Shown: positions 1 through 8,488 of the stretch, one piece after another | Layout: each line of letters opens with the position of its first letter | How positions within the stretch are numbered: the stretch's first letter is position 1 | From: a virus | Lineage: Duplodnaviria > Caudoviricetes | Direction: 5' to 3' (one strand) | DNA: 46,869 nucleotides | IMG/VR virus record: IMGVR_UViG_3300028588_000034 | Span: 1-46,869 of that record | Made by a program: the position numbers and the translations under genes | The notes under the pieces: model-generated | Databases searched by the model: none | What the model was told of the DNA's origin: nothing | Seen by the model: only the letters and a program-made list of their open reading frames with translations

Positions 1-520
1 TGTCACCGGGCGCGGCTGGCGTTTCGAGCTTAGTCGGGCGCTCGGCCTCAACGCGAACCTGTTCGCGCGCGGGCTCATTGTCCGCCTCGATCTCGGCCGT
101 TGCCGCTGCGGCCCCGCCGATCGTTGCCGCCGCGACGTCTCGGGCATCGCCGCCCGCGTCGAGCGCTGCGCCCGCGCCTTCGATTGCGCCGGCCGCAACG
201 GTGTCCGCCGTCTTAGCCTCGGCGAGTTTCTTCGCCTTGAGATCCTCGGATAGGCCGTCTGCGATCGCGCCGAAAGGATCGGGCGCCTTGGTCGTGGTAG
301 CTGGTTTCCGTGCCATGATATTCTCCGTTGATGCCGCCATAACCCCGGCGGCTTTGGGAACTGGTAGGGCGTAGGCTTCCGGCGGCGGAGGGTTCTCCGC
401 GTCGTCCTGCGCCCATGAGAGAGCCTCATTCAACCCGAGGCCGGATAGCTCGGCGGCGGCTTCGATCGTCGCGCCATCACGGCGAGCGATGCGGAACCTC
501 GTTAGATTGAGGCTCGGCAT
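1..520 (-). CDS. 5' part of junction-spanning hypothetical protein (about 451 aa; continues at 46742 down to 45907)
   Basis: Hand translation: ATG at 520 in TAATG overlap with the upstream stop, MPSLNLTRFRIARRDGATIEAAAELSG..., second in-frame ATG at 316 with GGAGA RBS (MARKPATTTK...), open through the repeat into the 45907..46731 ORF. Confidence 0.8.
   Translation of the reverse strand, partial: MPSLNLTRFRIARRDGATIEAAAELSGLGLNEALSWAQDDAENPPPPEAYALPVPKAAGVMAASTENIMARKPATTTKAPDPFGAIADGLSEDLKAKKLAEAKTADTVAAGAIEGAGAALDAGGDARDVAAATIGGAAAATAEIEADNEPAREQVRVEAERPTKLETPAAPGD
2..127. repeat. 126-bp direct terminal repeat (copy 1), circular-assembly overlap
   Basis: Identical to 46744-46869; nt 1 (T) differs from 46743 (C); a gene reads in frame across the junction. 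Confidence 0.95.
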
Positions 521-993
521 TATTCGAGATCGAATCTCGATGACGTCGCCGCTACGGGATGCCGTGCGGCGGCGATTGCTTTGTTGCCGCCCTCGGCTTT
601 GCCGTTCGCATACTTGCAAGCGATGTTGTGGAAAGGTCTGCGCGGGATTCGCGCGGCGGACTGATAGGTCCGAGCGAAAGGTACGCCGCACCCGGCGCAA
701 ACGTGCCGGTATATTTTGTTGGGATCGGCAATTTCGACCGGCTCAATCTCGGGAAGATCCGTCAATTCAAACTTACGAATGCGGTCCGTTGCGACAAACC
801 ATTCCCGACGAGAATGACTTTCGCGGAAATACAAATGGATTTGCCGCTCGATTCCCATGTCCCCCTCAAGAACCTTAATAAGCTCCAGAGAAACCGGCGA
901 GGCCGTTTGCAATGACTCGACGCGTTGATCGACGTTCAACGCGAACCCTATTTTTATCAAGTCGAGCCCTTTCGCTTCCAGAAAGTAGATCAT
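520..993 (-). CDS. GIY-YIG / T5orf172 (MUG113-like) domain protein with C-terminal Cys motif
   Basis: IYFLEA..LIKIGFA..VDQRVESLQTASP..ERQIHLYF..RREWF; CAGC..C. Confidence 0.8.
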   Translation of the reverse strand: MIYFLEAKGLDLIKIGFALNVDQRVESLQTASPVSLELIKVLEGDMGIERQIHLYFRESHSRREWFVATDRIRKFELTDLPEIEPVEIADPNKIYRHVCAGCGVPFARTYQSAARIPRRPFHNIACKYANGKAEGGNKAIAAARHPVAATSSRFDLE

Positions 994-1205
994 TGCGCCT
1001 TGGCTTTCGCCTCTAGTCCGGCGAGCGCCTCCTCCAGCTTGCGAAGCGTCTTGGTCGTCGCGACGGCCGGATCGGTGTCAGCGCGCCAGAATGTCACCCT
1101 GCCGACCTTTGCCAGGCCGCAAAGCTCAATCGGCGTGATCCGTAACAGGTGGCAACGCGATTTGATCTTGTCGATCGCCTCACGATTGGCGCTCTCAATG
1201 TCCAT
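990..1205 (-). CDS. Cro-like small HTH regulator (71 aa)
   Basis: ITPIELCGLAKVGRVTFWR..TTKTLRKLEEAL; first gene of the leftward operon at a divergent intergenic region; ATGA-coupled to the next gene. Confidence 0.6.
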   Translation of the reverse strand: MDIESANREAIDKIKSRCHLLRITPIELCGLAKVGRVTFWRADTDPAVATTKTLRKLEEALAGLEAKAKAQ

Positions 1206-1208
1206 ATT

Positions 1209-1258
1209 TGAAACCTCGCAAGATATTTGTTGAAACGGCGATGAAACCTCCGTAGAGC
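1209..1258. promoter_or_regulatory. Divergent control region: TGAAAC x3 and a putative rightward promoter TTGAAA-N17-TAGAGC
   Basis: TGAAAC at 1209, 1231, 1242 (22 and 11 bp apart); same motif at 26978 and 26989. Confidence 0.55.
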
Positions 1259-1295
1259 GATGCCAACGCAAACGCAAGCAACGGAGCAACGAAAA

Positions 1296-2495
1296 ATGGC
1301 GAGAAAACCGACGGCAACCTTAGAGGACGCCGCGCCCATGCTGTCACTGATCGACACGCCCGGATTGCCCGCGCCTACCGTGTTGGATCAGGCGCGTGTG
1401 ATCCTGATCGATGCCGAGAAGGCGGATCAGTTTTACGACCGGCTCAAGGTCGAGGCCGACAAATACGAGCCCGACACGACGAGCGCCAAGGGTCGCGACG
1501 CGCTGCGCTCATTTGCCCGCCGGTTCACGACGACCGCGACCTCGCTCGATAAGTCCGCGCTCGAACTCACGGCGGGGATGCGGGCGCAAGTCAAGGTTAT
1601 TAACGATGCGCGTATGCCAATGGTCGAGCGGATCAAGGATCTCGCCGCAATCGTCCGCAAGCCGTTGACCGATTGGGAGGAAGCCGAAGCCGTGCGCGTC
1701 GCCGCGAACGACAAGGTCCTAGCCGATATGCGCGCCGCCGCGTCCGTCACGCCCGAGGATACGAGCGTCACCGTCACGACGCGCGGCCGGGAGATTTACG
1801 CCCGCACGTTCGAGGCTCCGCAATGGCTCTCGCATGAGGCGGACGAGGCGGAGACGGTGAAGGACGCTACCGTCGCGGCTCTCGTGGCGGCGCGTAACCG
1901 GCTCGCGAAAGACGAGGCGGACGCGGCCGAGCTGGAGATCCTTCGCAAGGAGAAGGCCGAGCGCGACGAGCGAGATCGTATCGAGGCGGAGAAGCGCGAG
2001 GAGGCGGCTCGGGTCGAGCGTGAAGCCGAGGAGGCTCGCCAGCGTGAGGCCGAGCGGGTTGAGGCCGAGCGCGTTCGTGTCGAGAACGAGCGGATCGCCG
2101 AGGAACGTCGCGCCGAGGACGAACGTCGTCGCGTTCAATTGGCGGCGGATCAGGCGGCGCAAGCCGAGCGCGATCGTCTGCAAGCCGAGCATGACGAGGC
2201 GATGCGGGTTGAGCGTGAGGCGCGCGAGAAGGTCGAGCGCGACGCGCAAGCCGAGCGCGATCGTGTCGCCGAGGAGCGCCGGGTCGAGGAGGCCGAGCGT
2301 CAGCGGATCGCCGACGAACAGGCGGAACAGGCAAAGGCCGACGCCAAGCGCGCCAATGACCGGGCGCATATTGCGACCGTGATGCGTGAGGCCAAAGAGG
2401 CGATTATGACCTGTGGCGTTACCGAGGATCAGGCTCGCGCGATCGTCACGGCGATCAAGGCCAAGCTGATTCCGCGTGTCGGGATTTCGTTCTGA
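1296..2495 (+). CDS. Long Glu/Arg/Ala-rich coiled-coil phage protein
   Basis: ACGGAG RBS; N-terminal DTTSAKGRDALRSFA..IVRKPLTDWE and C-terminal IVTAIKAKLIPRVGISF recall a family found before phage recombination genes. Confidence 0.75.
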   Translation: MARKPTATLEDAAPMLSLIDTPGLPAPTVLDQARVILIDAEKADQFYDRLKVEADKYEPDTTSAKGRDALRSFARRFTTTATSLDKSALELTAGMRAQVKVINDARMPMVERIKDLAAIVRKPLTDWEEAEAVRVAANDKVLADMRAAASVTPEDTSVTVTTRGREIYARTFEAPQWLSHEADEAETVKDATVAALVAARNRLAKDEADAAELEILRKEKAERDERDRIEAEKREEAARVEREAEEARQREAERVEAERVRVENERIAEERRAEDERRRVQLAADQAAQAERDRLQAEHDEAMRVEREAREKVERDAQAERDRVAEERRVEEAERQRIADEQAEQAKADAKRANDRAHIATVMREAKEAIMTCGVTEDQARAIVTAIKAKLIPRVGISF

Positions 2496-2731
2496 TGGCC
2501 GACGCAATGGATCAGCTCGAACCCGGCGTCGAAACCGCTCAAGCCGACGACGGCAACGGCGGGTATCGGTTCCTCAACCCCGGCGAGTGCATCCGGCTCT
2601 CGCAAGCGATCAGCCTCAAGCGCATTGCCGACACGTTCGCCACGCTCTCGACCGAGGTCTGCAACGATTACGGCGAAACCATCCTCCCCGCGATCACTCG
2701 CGCTATCTCAAATGGAATTGCAGGACGATGA
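2495..2731 (+). CDS. Hypothetical protein
   Basis: TGATG and ATGA coupling to both neighbours. Confidence 0.65.
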   Translation: MADAMDQLEPGVETAQADDGNGGYRFLNPGECIRLSQAISLKRIADTFATLSTEVCNDYGETILPAITRAISNGIAGR

Positions 2732-3777
2732 TAAACCCCTTTGATCTCGCCCCCGGCGAAACCCCCGCCCCGAAGCGCGTCAAGGCTCGCGCGCCCGATC
2801 CGACGCTCGCAAGCTTTAACGAGGACTTCGACCTGTCCGGCGAGAAGCGCGTTCGCCCCGAGCCCGAGGTCGTTCATGCGACCGGAGGGGCGGGGCTTAT
2901 CGTGGTTCCGGGCTTCTATCCGACCGTCACGCCCGACGAGTATTTCACCGAGCCCTGCCCCGCTCCGGCCCTCACGAATAGCGGGATCAAGATCCTCGCC
3001 AAGCCCGGCGCGGCCCCCGCTAAGTTCGCCTACAATCATCCGGCGATTGGACAGCCGCCGGAGGAGCGCAAATCGACCGCCGCGCAATACCGCGGGTCGC
3101 TCGTGCATCGCCTCGCCCTCGATAAGGGGAAGGATTTCGTTATCAGCCCGCACGACGCTTATCGGTCGGCCGAGGCTAAGGCGTGGAAAGCCGACGTCGA
3201 GCGGTCGGGCCGTATGCCGGTCAAGGAAAGCGAATACGTCGTCGCGAGCGACATGGCCGACCGGATCAAGCCGTATATCGTCGAGGCGTGCCAGGGCGAG
3301 CCCTACGAGACGGAGGTCGTGATCGCTTGGACCGAGACGGTCGAGCTTACGCCCTCGCTTCATGTCGAGGTGTGGTGCCGCGCGATGCTCGACGTTTGGT
3401 GTCCGACGCTCGGCCTCGCGCTCGACGTCAAGACGTGCCGGGGCGCGGACGACGACACGGTCGATCGCGCGTTCGCCGACGGCTATGCCGTGCAAGACGC
3501 GTGGTATCTGCGCGGGCTCAACGCACTGGCGGAACAGACGGAAAAGGGTCGAGCCCGGTTCGGCTTCCTGTTCGTCGAGAGCGAGGCCCCATACCTTCCC
3601 CGCGACGTGTCCGCGTCCGAGGCATATCGCCACGGTGCAAAGATGCTGATCGAGCGCGCCTTGTGGCTGTTCGCTCGTGGCATTCACACGCAAGAATGGC
3701 CGGGTTACGAGCCCCACCGCGCCACCCCTACGCCTTGGTTTCTCAAGGCGGCCGAAGCCCTTTCCGAGGAGAATTAA
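2728..3777 (+). CDS. RecE / exonuclease VIII-like PD-(D/E)XK nuclease (DUF3799-like)
   Basis: LTNSGIK, GSLVHRLAL, WCRAMLD, LDVKT, YAVQDAWY, FGFLFVESEAPY, WPGY. Confidence 0.85.
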   Translation: MINPFDLAPGETPAPKRVKARAPDPTLASFNEDFDLSGEKRVRPEPEVVHATGGAGLIVVPGFYPTVTPDEYFTEPCPAPALTNSGIKILAKPGAAPAKFAYNHPAIGQPPEERKSTAAQYRGSLVHRLALDKGKDFVISPHDAYRSAEAKAWKADVERSGRMPVKESEYVVASDMADRIKPYIVEACQGEPYETEVVIAWTETVELTPSLHVEVWCRAMLDVWCPTLGLALDVKTCRGADDDTVDRAFADGYAVQDAWYLRGLNALAEQTEKGRARFGFLFVESEAPYLPRDVSASEAYRHGAKMLIERALWLFARGIHTQEWPGYEPHRATPTPWFLKAAEALSEEN

Positions 3778-3779
3778 TT

Positions 3780-4859
3780 ATGTCGATCAAGATGCCGACG
3801 CGCACGTTCGAGGCGAGCCCCGCCAAGCGCGAAAAGGTCCCCCTCCTCATTGGCCTCATGGGGCCAAGCGGGGGCGGGAAAACGTTCACGGCCCTGCGCC
3901 TCGCGACCGGTATTCAGTCGGTTTCGGGCGGGGAGATCTATTTTATCGACACGGAGAACCGCCGAGCCCTGCACTACGCCGACCGGTTCCAGTTTCAACA
4001 CGTCCCCCTCGACGCGCCGTTCGGCTCGCTCGATTACCTCGCCGCCCTGCAATACTGTGTCGGCAAGGGGGCCGGGGTCGTGATCGTCGATAGCATGTCG
4101 CACGAACACGAGGGGCCGGGCGGCATGATCGACCTACAGGATCAGGTTTTGACCCGGATTACTCGCGGCGACGAGAGCAAGCGGAACTCGATGCAAATGC
4201 TAGCTTGGGCCGAGCCCAAGTCGAAGCGCCGCGCGCTCATAAACGGGATGCTCCAGCTTAACGCCAATTTCATTTTCTGCTTTCGTGCGAAGAACACGAG
4301 CAAGCCTGTCAAAAAGGACGGGAAGAACGCGGTCGAGGCGCAAGGCTTTATGCCGATCGCCGGGGAGGAGTTCGTGTTCGAGCAAACCCTCAACGCGCTC
4401 TTGCTGCCAGGCGCGGGCGGCATCCCGACTTGGCAATCGGATCAGGTCGGCGAACGGACGATGATTAAGCTACCCGAACAGTTCACGAGCCTTCGCAACC
4501 GTAGCGGGCCGCTCGACGAAAAGGTCGGCGCCAATCTCGCGCGCTGGGCGGCTGGCGGTGCGTCGAAGCCCGCGGACGCCTCGACCGATACGCCGCGTCA
4601 CGAGCCCGAGGGGCGATCCGACGCGCAACAAGGCGACCAACACAACGACACGGACGACGATGCGACCGACGACCATCCCGCTCGCGCACTGGCGGACGAG
4701 GCGATCCTCCGTTGTGAGCGTGCCGCGATCGTCGGTGACGTCATCGGGGCGGAGAACGATTTCGCCAAGCATCGCGAGGCCGCGCCGGACGAGATCGTCG
4801 CGGAGGTCGACCGGGCCATCGCGACGGCTAAGGCTCGGCTCAAGGGAGGGGCGGCGTAA
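3780..4859 (+). CDS. Sak4-like AAA ATPase recombinase with acidic C-terminal extension
   Basis: Walker A GPSGGGKT, FIDTE, Walker B VIVDSMSHE; directly follows the exonuclease. Confidence 0.8.
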   Translation: MSIKMPTRTFEASPAKREKVPLLIGLMGPSGGGKTFTALRLATGIQSVSGGEIYFIDTENRRALHYADRFQFQHVPLDAPFGSLDYLAALQYCVGKGAGVVIVDSMSHEHEGPGGMIDLQDQVLTRITRGDESKRNSMQMLAWAEPKSKRRALINGMLQLNANFIFCFRAKNTSKPVKKDGKNAVEAQGFMPIAGEEFVFEQTLNALLLPGAGGIPTWQSDQVGERTMIKLPEQFTSLRNRSGPLDEKVGANLARWAAGGASKPADASTDTPRHEPEGRSDAQQGDQHNDTDDDATDDHPARALADEAILRCERAAIVGDVIGAENDFAKHREAAPDEIVAEVDRAIATAKARLKGGAA

Positions 4860-5053
4860 TGGCGACCAAGCTCAATAACGCTCCACCCCGCCGGTCGGAT
4901 TGGGCGCTCGGCAAGGAAAGTGATTTCCGCGCCGAGTGCCGCGCCCGGTCGAAAGGCGCGAAAGAGGCATGGCTCGCAAATCGCGAGGCATCGAACAACA
5001 CGATCGGGGCGCGCATTGCTCGCGCGTTCCGTCGCATGATCGGAGACGAATAA
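4859..5053 (+). CDS. Hypothetical protein
   Basis: TAATG coupling on both sides. Confidence 0.6.
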   Translation: MATKLNNAPPRRSDWALGKESDFRAECRARSKGAKEAWLANREASNNTIGARIARAFRRMIGDE

Positions 5054-5343
5054 TGGCAAATCGGCAATTCGTGGAATGCAAGTTCCGGCCGCACGACAAG
5101 CGCGGTTATACCTACCTCAATGAGGGCGCCCCGGTCCGCGTCGGGGACGAGGTCAAGGTCCCGGATAAGGACGGGGACGGCTGGCAAAAGGTGACGGTGT
5201 CGGCGATCGACCTCCCCGAGCCGAAGTTCCAGTGCAAGCCGGTGCTGGGCTTGTACGACGGCGCCGCGCGGGACGCGGCGATCCTCGCGAAGGTTCCCGA
5301 GCCGAAGCCTGTCAAAGCTGATCCGTTCGGGCCGCTGCTGTAA
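5053..5343 (+). CDS. Small beta-barrel-like hypothetical protein
   Basis: ATG at 5053 with GGAG RBS; VECKF..GYTY..VRVGDEVKVP. Confidence 0.65.
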   Translation: MANRQFVECKFRPHDKRGYTYLNEGAPVRVGDEVKVPDKDGDGWQKVTVSAIDLPEPKFQCKPVLGLYDGAARDAAILAKVPEPKPVKADPFGPLL

Positions 5344-5504
5344 TGCGGGGCGGGTTGTCGCGATGGCTTCTCGGGCCGGGTCTAAGCCCGACCGAGGAGG
5401 CTCAAGAGAAGCTCGCCGCAATGGTGGCGGAGCGGGCGGCGTCCCCGGCGATCGTTCAATTCCGAAAGCGACGATCCGCCGCCACTAAGGGACACGCCGA
5501 ATAG
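5343..5504 (+). CDS. Small hypothetical protein (53 aa; not in ORF track)
   Basis: TAATG coupling; MRGGLSRWLLG..AQEKLAAMVAERAAS..FRKRRSAATKG; ends directly at a terminator. Confidence 0.55.
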   Translation: MRGGLSRWLLGPGLSPTEEAQEKLAAMVAERAASPAIVQFRKRRSAATKGHAE

Positions 5505-5534
5505 AGGGCCGGGGAGTGATCCCCGGCCCTTTTC
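5505..5534 (+). terminator. Intrinsic terminator between convergent operons
   Basis: AGGGCCGGGGA-GTGA-TCCCCGGCCCT then TTT; perfect 11-bp stem. Confidence 0.85.
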
Positions 5535-5537
5535 GCG

Positions 5538-5774
5538 TCAAGGGGCAGGGCAACGCGCGTTGAGAACTGCAAGCGCCGTCTCGGCCGCCTGTCGGCCGAG
5601 GACAAGCTCGCGGGGGACCGGTCGACCCGATGCCTCGTAAGCAATCGCGGCGGTGACGGCGGTCGCATAGACTTGCCGGCGCTGCGCTGAATATTTGCAG
5701 TAGTCGAGCCCGCCGGTCGTGGTGCAACCGGCGAGGGCGAGGGAGGCGACGACGAGGATGGCTAGGCGCTTCAT
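5538..5774 (-). CDS. Small lipoprotein of the lysis module (spanin-like?)
   Basis: MKRLAILVVASLALAG-C lipobox; last gene after endolysin and holin. Confidence 0.7.
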   Translation of the reverse strand: MKRLAILVVASLALAGCTTTGGLDYCKYSAQRRQVYATAVTAAIAYEASGRPVPRELVLGRQAAETALAVLNARCPAP

Positions 5775-6151
5775 GCGACGGTGTCCTTTGCGACGATCGG
5801 CGGTTGATTGAGTTCGGTTGTCAGGACGGCGACCGGCGACGACTTGGCGAGTTCGACCTCGACGCCCTTTTTGCGGATCGCCCGAATCACGCGCCAGACG
5901 AAGAACGCGAACCCGGCGAGCTGCGAGAGGGTCGCGAGCGTCTCCTCTTTCTGGAGCAATACCCATAGGCCGATGAAATCTTTCGCGGCCATAAGCTTGA
6001 CGACCGACACGATCGCGAGCGCGGAGAACGTGAACAGACTGCCGGCGGTGATGAGCGCCACGCGGATCTTGCTCGGGTCGATCACGAAGCGGACCTTGTC
6101 GCCGTCGAGGTTGACGAAATCGCCCAGGTCGAGGGGGTTCGGGGCAGTCAT
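5771..6151 (-). CDS. Putative holin (2 TM)
   Basis: Two hydrophobic segments, basic C-terminus; TAATG-coupled to the endolysin. Confidence 0.6.
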   Translation of the reverse strand: MTAPNPLDLGDFVNLDGDKVRFVIDPSKIRVALITAGSLFTFSALAIVSVVKLMAAKDFIGLWVLLQKEETLATLSQLAGFAFFVWRVIRAIRKKGVEVELAKSSPVAVLTTELNQPPIVAKDTVA

Positions 6152-6690
6152 TAAACGATCCTTCCAAGCCAACCGAACAGGAAGGCCGCGTTTGCCGACC
6201 GCCCTTCGGTAAGGGTGATATACCGCTCGCCTTGAAGCGCGTTAAGCGCCGCGAGCAATCGAGCCTCGCCGAGTGCGCCGCGCTTCGCCTTGAACGCCTT
6301 GAGGGCCGTGATCGAGGCATTGCCGACCACGCCGTCGACCAAGAGCTTTGCATAATCACGCCCGTTATCGCTCAACGCGTTCAAGGCGCGCTGTAGGAAC
6401 TCGCCCGCGACCCTCGGCCCCATGTTTACGCCCGTGTCGACAAGCTCGGCGGCGATGACTGCCGAGACATTGGCGACCATGCCGAAGCCCGGCGCGACAA
6501 CGTATTGGCCGCGATAGATTTCGAGGGCAGTTGCCTTCGGTAGGTCCTTCATCGCGCCCTTGTAGCCCTGCGACCGAGCTGTCGCGATCGTGATCCCCCA
6601 ATTCGTCTCGCCGCCCGCGTCCTTCGGGTCGTTCACATATCCGCCCTCGTTCTTGAGGACGTCCGCGAGAATGCTGTCGATAGTAATCAT
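6151..6690 (-). CDS. Endolysin, glycoside hydrolase family 108 with peptidoglycan-binding domain
   Basis: EGGYVNDPKDAGGETNWGIT, DTGVNMG, FLQRALN, VDGVVG, FLFGWL. Confidence 0.93.
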   Translation of the reverse strand: MITIDSILADVLKNEGGYVNDPKDAGGETNWGITIATARSQGYKGAMKDLPKATALEIYRGQYVVAPGFGMVANVSAVIAAELVDTGVNMGPRVAGEFLQRALNALSDNGRDYAKLLVDGVVGNASITALKAFKAKRGALGEARLLAALNALQGERYITLTEGRSANAAFLFGWLGRIV

Positions 6691-6725
6691 TTTACGTCTC
6701 CGTTTCGTGGTGTCATGGTGTCCAT

Positions 6726-7241
6726 ATGACAAGCATAACAGGTCGCGGCGGCAAGGTCGTTCACGGACATAAGTCCCGAGGTTTCACGAGTCCGACATAC
6801 AAATCGTGGCTCAACATGAAAAAGCGGTGCAACCGTCCGACGTGCAAAGACTACCCCCAATATGGCGGCCGGGGAATAACCGTCTGCGACCGTTGGGAAC
6901 GATCATTCGTCGCGTTTTTAGCCGATATGGGGGAGCGGCCTTCGCTAGATCACTCGCCGGATCGCGAGAACGTCGAGGGCCATTACGAGCCGGGAAATTG
7001 CCGATGGGCGACAAGCCTTCAACAAAACTCCGAGAACCGAAGCGATCTTTGCCAGGTCGAAATAGGCGGCGTCTCTTACAAGAGCATATCGGCCGCCTGT
7101 CGCGCGCAAGGCGTAAGGCCGTCGACCGTCAATGAACGGGTAAAGCGCGGAATGAGCTTGGTCGAGGCTCTCTCCGTCCGCGCCGGAAAGCTACCTAATC
7201 GGCGCTCGCGGGAAAGCTACCTCCCAAAGAGCAAGCGCTAA
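6726..7241 (+). CDS. HNH-type (beta-beta-alpha-Me) homing endonuclease-like protein with C-terminal HTH
   Basis: WLNMKKRC..YGGRGITVCDRW..DMGERP..DRENVEGHYEPGNCRWAT; YKSISAACRAQGV. Confidence 0.85.
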   Translation: MTSITGRGGKVVHGHKSRGFTSPTYKSWLNMKKRCNRPTCKDYPQYGGRGITVCDRWERSFVAFLADMGERPSLDHSPDRENVEGHYEPGNCRWATSLQQNSENRSDLCQVEIGGVSYKSISAACRAQGVRPSTVNERVKRGMSLVEALSVRAGKLPNRRSRESYLPKSKR

Positions 7242-7247
7242 TCGCCG

Positions 7248-7796
7248 TCATTCCGGTAACTCCGCGTGCGGGAGGTTGCGGAGGCGGTCGTCGGCCTCCC
7301 CGAGAGCGGTCGCCGCACGGTCGGCCGACTCCTGAATAGGTATGCTCGGCGAGTTCGCGGCTAGGACAATCGCCGATCGGGCGCTTTGCCCGACGTTGCG
7401 CCGTAGTCCGATCATTTCCTCGGAGACTAGCCGGACCTCGTCGCGAAGCTCGCGAACTCTTTCCTCGCAAGCCCGCTCTCGCTCGTCGGCCGCCGCCATT
7501 GCGCGATTGAACCGTTCGTCGGCTGCGGCTTGAGCTTCCATGTGTCGAGTTTCGGCGGCTGCGGCGCGGTCCCGAGCATTGTTGCCGGTCGTGACGAGCT
7601 GCTCGCGGAGAGATTTAAGCTCGGTCGCGTAGTGCGTGTTGAGCTTGTCCTCGGCCGTGTTCGCGAGCGCGAGAAGCTCGGCCTTCGACTTCCGGTTCGC
7701 GCTGTAGAGCGCAATCACTCCGCCCGACGTGACCATCGTCCCGAGGGCAATAATCGGCCGGAGCATAGGCTCGACCCAAGCAAGCGCTTCGCTCAT
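7248..7796 (-). CDS. N-terminal TM plus coiled-coil protein (lysis accessory?)
   Basis: Single hydrophobic N-terminal segment then heptad-rich helix; lies upstream of the endolysin. Confidence 0.65.
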   Translation of the reverse strand: MSEALAWVEPMLRPIIALGTMVTSGGVIALYSANRKSKAELLALANTAEDKLNTHYATELKSLREQLVTTGNNARDRAAAAETRHMEAQAAADERFNRAMAAADERERACEERVRELRDEVRLVSEEMIGLRRNVGQSARSAIVLAANSPSIPIQESADRAATALGEADDRLRNLPHAELPE

Positions 7797-8288
7797 TTAC
7801 TGCGTACCTTTGTTGCGAGCCGACGGAACGCCGAGACGCATAGCGTGAGAACGTGAGACGCCGCGCCAAGGCAAATCAAGGCGTCGAGAAAATCCATGTC
7901 CGATCCAAACGAACGCCGCCGCAAGTTGGGCCAGCCCCGCATAGTAGAGGAACCAATAGCCGTCATATTCCGCCTGGAGCGGGTTCGTCGCGACGTTCTG
8001 CCACCCGTGGCAAACGAGTTGCGCGCCGTAGATGACCGCGACAAGGATCTCGGCGAGCGAGTTCTCCTCCCATGCAATCCGCAAGCCGATGACGATCGCC
8101 AGCGCGGAGAGCCAATCGACGGCGGCGAACCATGTCACGGGGTAACACTCGCCCGTGACGATCGCGCCTATCGAGCAAGCCGCCCAATTGAGCGCGAGGA
8201 CATTCACCAAACCGCCCCGCCGGTCGTCACGAGTAACGAGCGCGACGACGCAAGCCGCTGCCAGCCCGACGGGGACGATTTGCCACAT
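7797..8288 (-). CDS. Multi-pass membrane protein (about 5 TM)
   Basis: Several hydrophobic segments in the 163-aa ORF. Confidence 0.7.
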   Translation of the reverse strand: MWQIVPVGLAAACVVALVTRDDRRGGLVNVLALNWAACSIGAIVTGECYPVTWFAAVDWLSALAIVIGLRIAWEENSLAEILVAVIYGAQLVCHGWQNVATNPLQAEYDGYWFLYYAGLAQLAAAFVWIGHGFSRRLDLPWRGVSRSHAMRLGVPSARNKGTQ

Positions 8289-8289
8289 A

Positions 8290-8430
8290 TCAGCCGTTCG
8301 GCTTCTTGGGACCGGGACCGTTGCCCCCGCTAAGTGCCTCCGTGCCGTCGGCTGGCGGCGGTGGAGCGGGCGGAGCGGTAGGCGCCGGATCGGCTTCGGT
8401 CGAGGTTTCGGGTTCGTCGGAAGGCTTCAT
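8290..8430 (-). CDS. Small Pro/acidic peptide (46 aa)
   Basis: AGGAG RBS; MKPSDEPETSTEADPAPTAPPAPPPPADGTEALSGGNGPGPKKPNG. Confidence 0.55.
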   Translation of the reverse strand: MKPSDEPETSTEADPAPTAPPAPPPPADGTEALSGGNGPGPKKPNG

Positions 8431-8442
8431 GGAACTTTCTCC

Positions 8443-8478
8443 TATTGGAGCGGCGGGCATATCAGCGCCGCTCCAATA
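8443..8478. promoter_or_regulatory. 13-bp hairpin abutting the RBS of the peptide gene
   Basis: TATTGGAGCGGCG-N10-CGCCGCTCCAATA. Confidence 0.6.
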
Positions 8479-8488
8479 AGGCGATATG

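Noticed and set aside
1960-2340. Repetitive GAG/CGC-rich DNA
   Set aside because: Reflects Glu/Arg/Ala coiled-coil coding, not a DNA repeat element
5422-5485. tRNA-like element ending CCGCCGCCA
   Set aside because: No D, anticodon or T arms; better explained by the coupled 53-aa ORF 5343-5504
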